A DNA stretch of 64,000 nucleotides from a virus. The stretch covers positions 73,472 through 137,471 of IMG/VR virus record IMGVR_UViG_3300050343_000117. One strand, written 5' to 3'. The translations under genes were made by a program, and so were the position numbers. Each line of letters opens with the position of its first letter. Positions within the stretch are counted from its first letter, which is position 1. Of this stretch, positions 7,642 through 20,465 are shown one piece after another. The notes under the pieces are model-generated. The model had not been told where the DNA came from and ran no database searches. It was given only the letters and a program-made list of their open reading frames with translations.

Positions 7642-10600
7642 GATAGATTCCCTAGCTTAACTCTAACTCTAGAGACTTCAACATTATTTTCAATAACAGT
7701 ATCACTAATTGTGATAAGATCGTTAGTAATTGACATACTACCTTGTCCGGCTACACTAGATGTTATATTTAGACCAGTGTCTCCCGCTTGGTAACTATCT
7801 GGATCAGTTGTAATAGCAACTAAACTTGCATCGATTCTACCCGTGGTAATATGACCACCATCAATAGTTGTGATTAAAGCTGATTGCGGATTACCTAACT
7901 CTTGGTTCATGTTTTGGAAAGTAACCAAGCCATTGAAGTTGTAACTACGGAATGCAGCACTTACTGAGACTGTTGTAGCACCATTCTCTCCGGAGGCCTT
8001 TTCTGCAAAGTATCTAGCAGCCCATAACGTACCCGATAGATTAGTTCCCACTGTAGGATCCATTCCCCAGTTACCATTCAATCCGGTGATTGAACCGCCA
8101 TCCGAATCATCCCAAGTAAATCCTAGTGCTGCGCCGGCTGCGTTGTAAGAAGGTTGTAGTCCCGCGGCTAGAGTATCTTGTTCCGCTTCAATTTCGGTGT
8201 AGTAATATACGTACCCACGAGATTCTCTAGGTAGATTTTCTAAGTCCGGAGTTCCTGAATCACCATCGATAGAGTGGATAACTGGACTTGTCCATGTTAA
8301 ATCATCATCGATTCCTTGTAAGTCACCCTGAACTGTAGCTACCGCACGACTCATCCATAGTGCATTACCTAGTGTACGATCTTCTTGTGGAGTTTCTGAC
8401 CAATCAGAAGGTAGTCCATACATTCCATCGTTATCAAAATCATAGTAAACACTCCCGCTTGGGTCATTGTTTGTAGGTAGAGTCCCTATAATGCTTGATA
8501 CGGTCGCAGTAGAAGAATCTCTCTTAAAGATCTGTACCTGATATGTCGAGAAACCGTCCGCACCGTTATTGTGATCTAGGTAAGGAGCAGACCATGTTGC
8601 AGTGTTGTCTGTACCCTCATCACCACTGATAGAGAAGGTTGCTTCAGACGCCCATATAGTACCACCTACGCCTACGTTATATCCCGCAGCGTCCATAAGA
8701 CCCACATCGTCATACCATGTATGATCGGTTGCAGTAGGCATTACTTTAGCGATACCACCCGTGAAGTTAACACTACCACCTGTAGGAGTATTTGGGGCAC
8801 TAGCACTTGGTGTTCTGGTTACCGCAACAACGTGCGCAGTAGATCGGCCAGGTGCACCATTACCGCCCGACTGAGTTGCATTTGGGAGATCCCATTCTAT
8901 TTGAGTATCTTCTACCAGAGGAGTAGTTGCTGTTGGATAGTTGTCTGGTCGAGTTGACGCAACACCTGTAATGACGTATAATTGACTATCACCTGTTGGT
9001 ACTGTTTTAGACCAATCTGCAGGCGGTGTAAATGTTTTAGTTTCGAAGTTAAATGATCCGCCAGACACGGCAGTGGATGTAGTCCAACTACCCGCACGAC
9101 GGTATGCATTAACCTGTGTGACTTGATATCCATCGATACCATCAATCGCAACATTAAGAATTAGTTTTGGTGTAGTAAATGTTAGAGTATTATCTGCACC
9201 GATCGCACCACGAAGAGTAGCGACTGTACTGATCTCCCATAGTGGACCATTGCTTTCGTCGTTACTATCGAACAACGGCGGCATCTCTTCTGTCCAATTG
9301 ATACCTTCACGTGAAGGTAAACTTGTAAATCTGTTTAATGTAAAGTCATACACCGCACCATTTCCCGCATTGTTTGCTGGATTCGGTAGAATGTATTTAG
9401 CCTCTGTTAAGTCTTCATGTGATCGCGCATACAAAGACTTGAAGTATGTTGATACTGGAACGATCGACTGAATCGTAGGTTCTGACCAATCAAGTGGCGT
9501 ACCTGTAGATGTTCTGTCGTCTGTAGCCCAGTCTTCGCCGGTATCACCAAACTGTGTGAATAAGTGATATGACTGCCATAGAGTATCTGTACCAGATGGT
9601 GGTGTTGAGTACCATTGGTTACCCGAAGAATCTGTAATAGGGAATCCTAGATGAACCCCTGCTGGAGTGGCTGCACCGAAATCGATACCACCACCACGTG
9701 GCTCATCTGGTACAACTAAATCGTTGTTGGCGTCTGCGGTATCTGGTACGCGACGATATGCAACCGCTAGGAACGTGGACCTACCATCTTGACCGTCTGT
9801 ACCTGAAGATGTTGGTCGTGGATCTCCCCATGTGATCGAAGTATCAACTGTATTACCTTCTGCAAGATCTACATCACTTGCAATACCTGTTACAACATAC
9901 AGTTGAGGAGTTTCGTCGGTACGAGGTGGGGGTGTGCTTTCCCATCCAGCATCTACCGATGCAGTTACCTGTTCTTCATCTGGTGATAAGTAAATTCCTG
10001 TAGAGAAATCAAATGTACCACCCACTGGAGCATCAGCTGCGCCAAGTGTCGTATCGCTTGCAACTCTCTTATATGCAAATATCTGTGCATACTTAGCTCC
10101 CGCACTGTTATCTACTGGAGTTGACTGTGATCCTACAAGTGATGGATCTGACCATGTGCCTGCGTTTACGGTTACGTCTGGGTCAAGCGTAATAAAGGTT
10201 GTAGTAGACGCGCCAGACATCTTCGTTTGCTGGAGTTGAAGGAATACTTCTGTACCAGTTTGGACCCGTAGGTTCTACAAAGTTTCCGGTCGAAAATGTA
10301 TATGACCCATTGTTTGGTTTTGTAGGGGTAGTCTCTTTTGGAGAACGTGCGTATACTGTGACTGTGTAGACAGATGTACCACCACCGCCAGTGCCACCAC
10401 CGGATTCATCATCCGATATCCAAATAGACCCATTCCATTTTAATACCTGACCGATAGTTTTACCTGTGGTATTAACATCACCCATATCGTCCAAGTTGGA
10501 TGGTATAAATGGTCTATTAGTTAGACTATTATAGTCTCCATCAAAATCACTAGACCCAGAATCGCCTTTGTTCGCAAGTTCTACCCATGAATTATTGTGC

Positions 10601-10926
10601 GCAAAATATGCGGCTCCAGTATCATGAACATGGGCAAACATACCGTGATAGGTAGATGCATTTGGTAGGTCTGACACTGACTGGTACATGTTGCCAAACA
10701 AAACTTTATTGCCGGACATATCCAAGTCGGAACCTTCGATGATTGCACGGACTGCAGCGGCATCAAGACTCAAGTCTAGACTATCGATCGCAGCCTGAAT
10801 CAATGCATTGACTTCGGCCTCTGTCATCTTAGACGTATCTATCTCAGCGAAGTTTTGATTGATCTTTAAAATCGCGGCGTTGATGTTGTCTGCAAGGTTG
10901 ACTACTTGTATGTTATTGTTGCTCAT
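7638..10926 (-). CDS. tail fibre with tandem ~100-aa beta domains (two track ORFs joined across a 1-nt indel near 10213)
   Basis: N-terminal DNINAAILKINQNF motif; repeated GG(S/T)xxF...W...P...L(W/Y) units joined by DGxDG-type linkers; removing one C gives DVW-ASTTTF. Confidence 0.7.
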
Positions 10927-11152
10927 TTTTATCCTCTACTAAACGAAAAAGCAATTCTTTTATTTGTGTCATATCTTCCTTTAATCCTTTAACTTCTTTG
11001 GATAAATATTCAATATGATTTTGCTTTTCTTGATTTGATTTGCTTATCTTCCGTGCTTTATCTATCTCAGCCTTGTTGGTATTTAGTAACACTCCAGTGC
11101 GTCTATCTCGCACTAGATTATTATGTCCTTCTACTTTTATATGCGACTTCAT
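10913..11152 (-). CDS. conserved small coiled-coil protein of T4-like phages
   Basis: IKVEGHNNLVRDRRTGVLLNTN plus coiled coil, directly after the DUF4815 gene. Confidence 0.7.
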   Translation of the reverse strand: MKSHIKVEGHNNLVRDRRTGVLLNTNKAEIDKARKISKSNQEKQNHIEYLSKEVKGLKEDMTQIKELLFRLVEDKNEQQ

Positions 11153-11161
11153 GTAAAACCT

Positions 11162-14100
11162 TTAGTAATGAAAGACTAGAGCATTATCTTCTGATTGCCA
11201 AGAAGGGGTTACTGATCCACCCGCATCTCTATATTCATCTGTGTATCGAATACCGATCGGTATATCCAACCAATCAAAAGTCTCACCACTGTGAGTAGTG
11301 GATAGGTTGACACTATAGTTACCTGAAGCTTCAGAAGTAATCGTGTTCACAAACTCTGTACCATAGTTCATAGTAACAGTACCCGTAGTAGACCATTCCG
11401 GACCAAATGTGTATGTTATTGGATAGTAGTGTGTGTTATGACCTTCTGGTCTTTCGATCCCGTAAGTTATGAATCTAACATCATGTTGAGTACCATTTAC
11501 AGATGAATCCGTTTCAATATATATTGGTTGAACTGTTGCTTGACCTTCTGCTTCTGAGGTCATTTCTGGACTATATGGATAAATTGCGTGGAAGTCTCGA
11601 CCACTTTCCCAATATACGCCATCATGAGCGACAGCTACAACGATGCCTTCGTCTGTATCGACCGTCATACGGTCTCCAACAGGCAAGTCATAATTGAACG
11701 TGAGTGTTTGGATGATATCGCCAGCTGGTTCATACAAATCACCACCAAATGCCTCACTAGTAGGTGGAGACAATCTAATGTCCATCTCTACAGTACCAGT
11801 ATATGGTGTGGATTCACTAACACCCGACATATCGGATTCAACTAGAATGAACCCTGTGCTACCCATTTCGCCCCTTTCAGAGACCGATAAATTAGTTGCA
11901 AAACTGTCACCGACATGATCGTAGGTTGTTTTGTTTCGAAGTACCGACACACCGTCACTTGTGTGAGACATGAGCGGATCATTCGGATCATTATCATTAG
12001 GTATTTCATAATCGTTGATTTTTTTCAGGGTGCTTGTAATTCCAAATCTTTCTAGATAGTCAAAGAAGTTATTATCTGGACCGTCAGTAAATTGTTGAAT
12101 AGGTCTATCCAACCACTGACTAGTATGCACTAGAGTTCGTGTTCCAACATCCGTAGCGTTTACTTGACTATAGACTTTCAACGATCCATCAAGGTGGAAC
12201 TCAAGATTGAATCTGACTCCTCTAGGCTCCCAACCAGATGTACCTGACCACTCTCTACCCACATCGCGGCTACTTGCTGATATTGTTGGAACGGTCTCAG
12301 CGAAAAGCGAACTTATGTCTCTGACCTCATTGGTCTCGCTTCCGGTGTCGGTATTAGTTTCGCCACCTGTATTAGTTTCGCCGCCGGTGTCTGTATTAGT
12401 TTCTCCGCCGGTGTCTGTGCTACTAGTAGTGTCTGTACTACCACTATTGTTACTTGAACTTGATGTGGTAGTAGTACCTGTGGAACCCGAACCTCCTGTT
12501 ATCAGAGCGATTGCACGTAAGTCTTTAATTAAAGGAGACTTAGAAGAGTTCTCTGAATGCATTACAATCTTAATCTGGAATGCGGTAAACTGTTCTGACT
12601 CATGAGTATACTCATACTCTGGGAAATTAGATGGGTTGTCGCTTGTAGGAATTGCTCTGTCTATATCAACCTTTACCCATTCGTGTATGGATTCTCCTTC
12701 TACAGCAGTAGATGCTACCAAGGTGTCTTCGTCTGGTGCTGTCTTAACATAGACTTCAAAGTCAGAACCAGATGGTCGGTTACCTGAAAATATTACCTTC
12801 AGACCAAGTGAGGACTCATCAACAACAACTGGTGTTGTGATGTGTTGCGCAGCATATGCAAACGTGGTATAATCCGGTGTATCTGTATTAGGATCATATA
12901 CATCGTGATCAATTACGTTTTCTAGTGTCATAACCGCAACACGTTGAAGGTCAATTACAGGAGAAACTTTTGGATCTGCTGTGACCAATGATAGGTTCAA
13001 TTTTAACGTTTCAGTAGATACGTTTTCAGAAGAAGCAACAATCTTTGGTAGAGAGTTCAAATTATATTCATTTACAAAGACCGGAACTTCGTCCTGTAAC
13101 GTGTATACAAACTGATCTGTTGTACGACTGTCTGAAGAAGAACCATAGGATTTTGCGACAGGCGCAATCAACCCTGCATTTATTTTAGTAGTGTTAGGTA
13201 CTACTGCTTGGATCTGTGGCACGAACGTATCATAGTAGACTTGCTGTGAAGCGATAACCGCATTACCACCACCAGATGAACTAGCGCTTGCTACAGTAGG
13301 AACCTTAACATAATAACCGTCCCATGTTGGTTCATATACTTCAAGTAGACCGTTCATTTCTGAAGCGGGAACTCCACCAATATCATTGACAACGCCTGAG
13401 ATAGAAACTATATCTTCGTCACTGAATCCGTGACCTTGATGATAAATCTTTACTATTCCGTTGTTAGCAATATCATCTGTATGAGTCAGACCGGCAACAG
13501 TTTCAATAGGATTAAATTCTAATGTGACTTTAGGTAAAGGTGCATTATCTAATACTAAATTACCTGATGTTTCAAAATTAGCTCGATGTAACTTGAACAT
13601 CAAGTCTTTACTTTGATCTGGTGTCCATGTGCTAGAGTTTTGAGATAAGAATAATGAACCTAGAGTAGAAATTCTTGGAGCCTTATCTTGATTACTACCT
13701 ATGACAAACTCTTCTGATTCCGAAATATATACGTTATACTCTACGGATTCACTGAATAATATTATCGCATATTCTTTACCACCTGTCAAGTAAATCGGTT
13801 CGTCAAACTCAACAGCAGTTGCGCCAGTAGTCACTAGTGTATTCATTCCTTCGTTTTCACCTGAAATAGAATCATATGAAGTGACAGTAACATCATCGGA
13901 ATTGACAAACACAACTGAGCCTGGAACGACCTGATTGGTAGGAACTCCATTCTCTACCGTACGAATCTCAACCTGTAGTGGAGCAGTACTATCCTTAGAC
14001 TCCATGAATACGTCTAGCTGAGTTAGGAATATACCGTTAGGGTTTTCAATCTGGTCAACGAAGAATGTCTGCGCTAAAGGATCATTACGTCCTTCACTTC

Positions 14101-17100
14101 TGTAGATTCTTCTAGTAGTATCGATATTACCCTGAGCGGTATCTAAAGCACCTTGTGATGAATAGAACGCAGATGTAGATATAGTAGACTCAGCGTCATA
14201 CAGACTTACGTCTAACAACTCAAACTTTTGAGTTCCTGTTCTAAACTTCAAAGATTCTGTATTAGGTAAGAAGAATGATCCGATTAGCTCACCCTTATTA
14301 TCTGTCTGCAAGAGAGTTGGTCCACCTAAGTCTGCTGGATATCCTGATTCGTTTGCATACTCACTACCAAATTCTTGTGGATTATCCGCAAATCTTTGTG
14401 TGGTTGATTCCTGTCGAACCCAATCACTTACGTCTACACCGTCAAAGTATGCAAACATCTTAGTGTTAGGACGAAGTCCTTTGGCGACGAAGTTGATTCT
14501 ACGAGAACGCATATACGGAATGATTTGCTGTCCACCAATAGTTTCACCAAGCAAGTCTTGTGCGTGAACCATATTTTCATATTTGTATTGATATTCAGCC
14601 AAAGGCATATGTAAGTTACTATTGAATGACGTTACACTACCGTCGATCCAATTATAACTACCGCCGTACCACAAATCTTCTTGAGTGTGATAAATGCTTT
14701 GTATTACCGGAGGCAAATCTCTAGATTCTCTCCACTCATCCGATGATGGAGACAATTCTAAATTACCGATATACGATACTACAGTATGAGGATTAACATT
14801 AATAAAACTAGTAGCAAGTTCCTGTTCGGTGAATTCGACTTCAACATATGGTAGGGTAACCAAATCACCCTTCTTGCTTATTACGGTATCAACGTTATCT
14901 GCGCTATATGATAGTCGTACTGAATTTTCACGAAAAGATGCCTGTAACAATCCACTTCTATCAACGGACGCTCTATAGTTCTCGTTATTAATGTCAGAGT
15001 AGTCGAATGTGCTAAAATTATCAGCGAAGAATCCTGACTTAACTCTTGACTGCCCTTGGTTATCAGTAATGACTAGGGACTGAGTATTAGTTTCCAAGAA
15101 ACTCAATGCAGTCCTTTCATACAACTCATCCAAACGTCGTTCTAATTTTGCGATATCTTTCATAGTATATCGCTTGTTTGGAATATAAGCTGTCGAAACG
15201 TCAGATGCACTGAATGTGTAAGGGCTCAAAGTAAACGTATATAGCGACAGTGAACCTACTGGAATCTCTGGTTCCTTTGGAGTTATACTAGGAACCCCCT
15301 GTATAACCTGTAGTTCACCAAACCCAATGCTGCTGTTTACTGCGTTCGCAACTAGAACGTCAATACGAGGTAAGTAGTATTCTATATCATTGATAGTGAT
15401 GGCAGATGCATTCTGAGGTAACTCTGCGACTACGTTGAATTCTCCGGTGTAACCAAATGTTCGGGAAGGTCGGAAGTCTAATACATCTCTTAAAGAGATG
15501 GACTGACCTGTCGCACTGGTATGGTTAGGGATATTTTCATAACTATCGTCTGCATAAGATGAAGCAGAGAAGAACGTGCTTCCGCTTGGTCCAGTATGTG
15601 TATAATGTGTGTATGTAACCTTTATCTCAGATTGGCCACCTGTAGGTAAAAGATATCCTGGCTTCAAGTACACGACAGCTTCGTCATAGAAGTTATCACG
15701 TTGACCGCCATCTAGATAAAACTGGTGAGTGATGTCTTCAGCAGCAGACCAATCTGTACCAGAACTATCTCTGAATAAAACCGATTGAAGAGAGATACCA
15801 TCTACGGTATCTGTGAATACAGGACGTTTCTCCCAGTCTATCGATGGAAGAGTCTGTGTTTTTTCTGCAACCGTTATTGTTTTTGTGCGAGGTGTTGCGT
15901 TAGAGACCTCAACGTAATATGCAATATCATGATTTTTGTTTGGCCTCAGACCCGAATATACACCCGCCATACTTGGTACTGATTCTGGACCAGTTAGAAT
16001 AGAGGTTTCGGACTCTGCGATTATCCAACGATTAGTTTCAACGCCAGACAAACTAATAACACCTTGACTATCAGACTGTATTCTAGTATATCTCTGTACA
16101 GTATAGTTTGCAGTAATCGAATCATCTTTTGGACTGGTTCTAGGTAGCGGGAACAGCAGACTATTGTTAGATGACTCATGTATTGTGCTATCTACTAATT
16201 GAATTCTTGGGGCTACCAGCGCCTGGAATATTATCCTGTAATGATACTGCATCAGCAAAACTATGATATCCTGTACCACCTTGTATTGAAGACATACGAA
16301 TGTCAAAAATGTATAGTCGGTAACCAAATGAGTCGGATTGTATACCACGGACGTTACAGAAACCTATTACAGATCCGCCTGATGCTGCGTTGTAGATAGC
16401 CAAATATCCAAATACATCTAATCTACCGAAACCTTCAGATGAGGTTGGGTCGATATAAACATAGTTACCATATGCAACTGGTACTGGTTCGTTAAATGTC
16501 TGAAGAGTTTGTCTTGCTTTTGGTACGGTAATATCCGTTTGACCAAATTCTAATCGATAACCATCTACATATGCTATACCTTCAGAAACATCTAGATTTA
16601 AATTAGTGTTATCCAGAGGTTCGAATATCGCAGTAAACTTATCTACAACATAGTCACCAGACTCTTCTTTTGTTCTTCGTGCAAGCAGATCATTAACTCG
16701 ACTGTATGCATCGAATGTACTTACCTCGCGTGTGATAACACCGTTAACAACACGTGCGACAAATATAAAGTTTTGACTTATATCTACTTGATCACGAGTA
16801 GTAGGTGTTAGTTTGATCTGATATCGATGAGCGCCTGGCGCAGTGATATCTGGAACTTCGCCTTGGTTATCATATAGATTAGTATCTTCGCTCTCATCTA
16901 CGATTGATTCTTCAATCACAAAACCGATATCTGCCGTTGGTTCTGTGCTATACTTTGATAGGAAAGATTCTCCACCTTCCATGTAAACAAAGTGTCCCTG
17001 TACAAAGAACTCGCCTGGCGCAAAGTACGCTTTAGTGCCACGACCTGCTGCCGGAATTTCATCTTCACTGTCGTCGATTACAGTAAGAGTAGAATTATCT

Positions 17101-17540
17101 GGGCGAGTTAAAATGTCTCCTGATTCAACACGAGGTGCTTTCTCCGTGTCGGTTACATTTGAAGTATCTGTATATCTAACATAAAGAGTTGCTGGATCTT
17201 GATCTGGTACTGCACTATACACCTCAAGAACAATAAACTGTATAGTGCCGTTAGTTAGAGTCTCACCAACTAAACTAGGATCTATAACACTATTAGCATC
17301 AAGACGAATATATTCTATCCTATTATCAACTGTCGAACCACCTGGGCTGACTAGTGCACCTTCTGTAAATATGTTACGACCGAAACGTGCAATCTCTTCG
17401 TGTATTATTGTTTGTGATTCATTTAACTCACGTGCTTGAAGAGCCCTACCTGAATTATAGAGTACACGATAATAACCATCTTTCGGATCGTAAAAATCGC
17501 GGTAAGTTTCTCTGAACGTCTTATCTGTAAAATCTGCCAT
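11162..17540 (-). CDS. DUF4815/VrlC-like large virion structural protein (joined across a 1-nt indel near 16210)
   Basis: YRVLYNSGRALQARELNESQ, APGAHRY, LARRTKEESGDY, NKRYTMKDIAKLERR, KSGFFADNF, NDPLAQTF, WTPDQSKDLMFKL. Confidence 0.85.
12336..12421 (-). repeat. short coding tandem repeat (TDTGGETN)n in an S/T-rich linker
   Basis: Four imperfect copies: TDTGGETN TDTGGETN TGGETN TDTGSETN. Confidence 0.8.
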
Positions 17541-17548
17541 GATTTATC

Positions 17549-18940
17549 CTAAACGGTTATTACGATCTTAATATCTTCTTGTTGTTCTTCGTCGCGTCTG
17601 ATTCTTGTTCTTGTCTCAATATATAGGACTTCACCAGAGAAGCGATCTATACCATTTACTGGAGACAATCCACCCGTTGCGATAACGCCCGCAACCTGAC
17701 CTTCTTGAACTACGGCCTCATTTTCTTCAAACTCAACAAACCCCGTTGATTCATTTTGATGGTAATGAACAACGTTACCGTCGGACTGATCAACATATGC
17801 CTTGGCGGTACTAGTTCCGCCTGTTATAAGTTTTCCCGACACAAATGGTGAGGTATCTTCTAATGTTAATGTAGGTAATGCCTTTACCGAAGTTCCGGTG
17901 AACGGAGCAGATCCGTCTGGTAGTAAAGGTGATTTGATAAGACCCATTTCACGGAAAGTATTTTGTGTGATAAATGTTCCGTTGACATTACCGTCTGGTT
18001 TGATACCGGCTAGAATAGAACTTGTTTTCAAATCATCTATAGGGTTCTTACCCAAACCTTCTGAGGTAGTTACTACTGGTACTGCTGTACAGTTTTCGGT
18101 ATCACCGTCGGTTATTGTAAGCGAAGCGTAAGTATATCCAGAACCGTAGTCAGTCATTTTAATTTCAGTAACCTTACCATCAACGTCAATAACGGCAGTA
18201 GCAGTTGCGCCTGATCCATCACCGACTACTGTGACTGTAGGTTCAGTTATGTAACCAAGACCCTGTGTGATTACTTTTGCACGAGTGACTTGACCACCTA
18301 CAGCAGCAAGATGAACATCACGTTGTAGATCTTCGATTGAATCTCCACCGTGGTAATCTGGTTCCGTTTCTTGTATCGGAAAGTGATTGGATGATAAGAA
18401 TTGATAGATGCGCTCTGGAGTTATGGAATATAAGAACTTCCATGTATATCCATCTCCAGTTTCAAAAACTTTGGTATGGTCCCATGTGTTGGTAGGATCT
18501 ATTGAATCTAGAAGATCTTTATGGTAGCCGTAATTAGGCTCGACCATAGATTGCTTTGGACTACCGTCTATATTCTTACCGTAATCAATACAAACGTATA
18601 CTTCTTTAGCATCGTTCAATACGTAAAATGGCGTCCATGGCTCTACGATATCCGAAGGAGTTGCGTCATCCCATCCAGTGTATATCGATCCCGATGACCA
18701 ATTTACTCTCTTGGCAACGAATGTTGAACCCTCGATCTTCTTGATCGATTGTAGGTTATGTCGGAACTCTCTTTCATCACGTGGACAGTCTACAGGGTCT
18801 ATAGTTGTTTCCGAATTCTCTGAAACTGGAAATTCGTCTGATTTACCGATACCAATATAGTAGCTGTCAGAAGATTGCATATCTATCAGCAGATCCTTCG
18901 CTAAGCTCCTACTTAATGTCTGTCTTACAATTGCTGCCAT
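17549..18940 (-). CDS. gp8: baseplate wedge subunit
   Basis: FYVLNDAKEVYVCI, DGYTWKFLYSI, FSGEVLYIETR...QQEDIKIVI. Confidence 0.85.
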   Translation of the reverse strand: MAAIVRQTLSRSLAKDLLIDMQSSDSYYIGIGKSDEFPVSENSETTIDPVDCPRDEREFRHNLQSIKKIEGSTFVAKRVNWSSGSIYTGWDDATPSDIVEPWTPFYVLNDAKEVYVCIDYGKNIDGSPKQSMVEPNYGYHKDLLDSIDPTNTWDHTKVFETGDGYTWKFLYSITPERIYQFLSSNHFPIQETEPDYHGGDSIEDLQRDVHLAAVGGQVTRAKVITQGLGYITEPTVTVVGDGSGATATAVIDVDGKVTEIKMTDYGSGYTYASLTITDGDTENCTAVPVVTTSEGLGKNPIDDLKTSSILAGIKPDGNVNGTFITQNTFREMGLIKSPLLPDGSAPFTGTSVKALPTLTLEDTSPFVSGKLITGGTSTAKAYVDQSDGNVVHYHQNESTGFVEFEENEAVVQEGQVAGVIATGGLSPVNGIDRFSGEVLYIETRTRIRRDEEQQEDIKIVITV

Positions 18941-18976
18941 GTTCTTATCCTACGCATGTTAGAAATATTATTCTTA

Positions 18977-18984
18977 TATTTATA
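18977..18984 (-). promoter_or_regulatory. T4-type late promoter
   Basis: TATAAATA upstream of gp8. Confidence 0.75.
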
Positions 18985-18990
18985 ACGTTT

Positions 18991-19869
18991 TTATGAGTCA
19001 TTTAAAAATTTGTTTAACCATGATTCTTTTTGATGATGATTCATCAATAAGTCTTTGTATATTACCGGAAGTTCATATGCACTACTTCTCCACTGGGAGA
19101 CATGTTTAAGTGCTTCGTCCTTCAGCGGCTGTAGATATTCTTCGTAACTATGAACCTTCTGAGCACTTCCTTCAGTCGTCCTATCGATACAATATAAGTC
19201 GCTTGACATTGATAGGAAGTAACACAGATTTCCCTTCTGGTGTTCTGCTAATAACTTGTAGGTGTATGCGTGATCTTCTCCGTTACCAATATCTTCGTTC
19301 ATTTTTATTTGTGCAGACTTACGACTCTGCAACATAATGAAGTCAACCGACACTGGACGTTCATCAATAAACAAATGACTTTCTTGTGGTCCTAAGTTTT
19401 CGTGAGGAGCGCACATCGATGTTCCCCATACACTTGCAAAGTAAGTTTCATTAACTTGCCAGTAATGTCCCGAAACCAATTCCCAACTGCAAATAGAATC
19501 ACATGGTACCACACCTAACACGTCAATACAAGGATAATGCTTATAATGATTCCACAGCGACTGTAAGTACGACGGATATAAAAAATCATCTCCATCGATC
19601 TGAGATACAAAATCACAGTCACTTTCTAGAAATACATCTAGACATGCATTCTTACCGCGGCCGGGTTTGCCATTACTTTCCGTATTGACTACACGGAATG
19701 GTAGATTAAGTGCGCATACATCTTCGTAGTATCCTTCATGAATACTATTTACAACGATCACCACTTCCCATTCGATTGGTTCAATTTTGATGACTTGTTG
19801 GGCAGATTTAACTAATCGTGCTAACTTAGGAATGTCGTTGGAAGTCAACAACGTTGTCATCAATTTCAT
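18991..19869 (-). CDS. glycosyltransferase, GT2-like
   Basis: EVVIVVN, SNGKPGRGKNACL, QIDGDDFLYP, GED acid motif. Confidence 0.75.
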   Translation of the reverse strand: MKLMTTLLTSNDIPKLARLVKSAQQVIKIEPIEWEVVIVVNSIHEGYYEDVCALNLPFRVVNTESNGKPGRGKNACLDVFLESDCDFVSQIDGDDFLYPSYLQSLWNHYKHYPCIDVLGVVPCDSICSWELVSGHYWQVNETYFASVWGTSMCAPHENLGPQESHLFIDERPVSVDFIMLQSRKSAQIKMNEDIGNGEDHAYTYKLLAEHQKGNLCYFLSMSSDLYCIDRTTEGSAQKVHSYEEYLQPLKDEALKHVSQWRSSAYELPVIYKDLLMNHHQKESWLNKFLNDS

Positions 19870-20423
19870 TATTCTGCCTCAAAGAAGAATGTCTGAAATA
19901 ATCTACCGTCGTATTGGTTTGAACCAAAGCCGGGAACTACACTGCGATGATAGTACATCGCATCATATAATACCAGTCGGTTGTAAATATTTTTAGATTC
20001 TGCAACAATGTCCCAGTCACCTTCAACCAACTGGAATTCATTAAAATCTACTGGACATGAATCTTCATGTTTCATAATTCCAGTCTGTCTATGTTTATAG
20101 ATTGCAGTTCCGGAATCTAGAGGCGCGTCAGGCGTTAGATACACGACTCCCGCATAGGACATTTTATCGTGATGAATCCATGTCTTGCAGTTTTCGGTAG
20201 TGTATTGGAAGGAAGTGTTATAGTTGTCTAGTGGAAAGTATGTTATTGCTTTTCCTATGATCCCCTCTAAAGAGTTTTTCATAGAATCAACATATCCACC
20301 AGCATTGGTACATGGAGATGTTCTTAGGCCGGGATAGTTACCCGACACATTAAATTCTAGACTTAAAGCATAATCCCGAACTGAGTCGGGATCTGCATAA
20401 AAATTATCAATTACTGTAAACAT
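19869..20423 (-). CDS. 2OG-Fe(II) oxygenase (DUF6445-like)
   Basis: VIDNFYADP, NYPGLRT, WIHHD, AGVVYLTP, SGT, YNRLVLY...H, GRLFQTFFF; probable start MFTVID at 20423. Confidence 0.8.
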   Translation of the reverse strand: MFTVIDNFYADPDSVRDYALSLEFNVSGNYPGLRTSPCTNAGGYVDSMKNSLEGIIGKAITYFPLDNYNTSFQYTTENCKTWIHHDKMSYAGVVYLTPDAPLDSGTAIYKHRQTGIMKHEDSCPVDFNEFQLVEGDWDIVAESKNIYNRLVLYDAMYYHRSVVPGFGSNQYDGRLFQTFFFEAE

Positions 20424-20440
20424 AATATACCTGTATGTGG

Positions 20441-20457
20441 AACCCCCTTTCGGGGGT
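20441..20457 (-). terminator. GAAA-tetraloop hairpin between the collagen and oxygenase genes
   Basis: ACCCCC-GAAA-GGGGGT on the minus strand with a weak U tract. Confidence 0.45.
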
Positions 20458-20465
20458 GTATTCAA

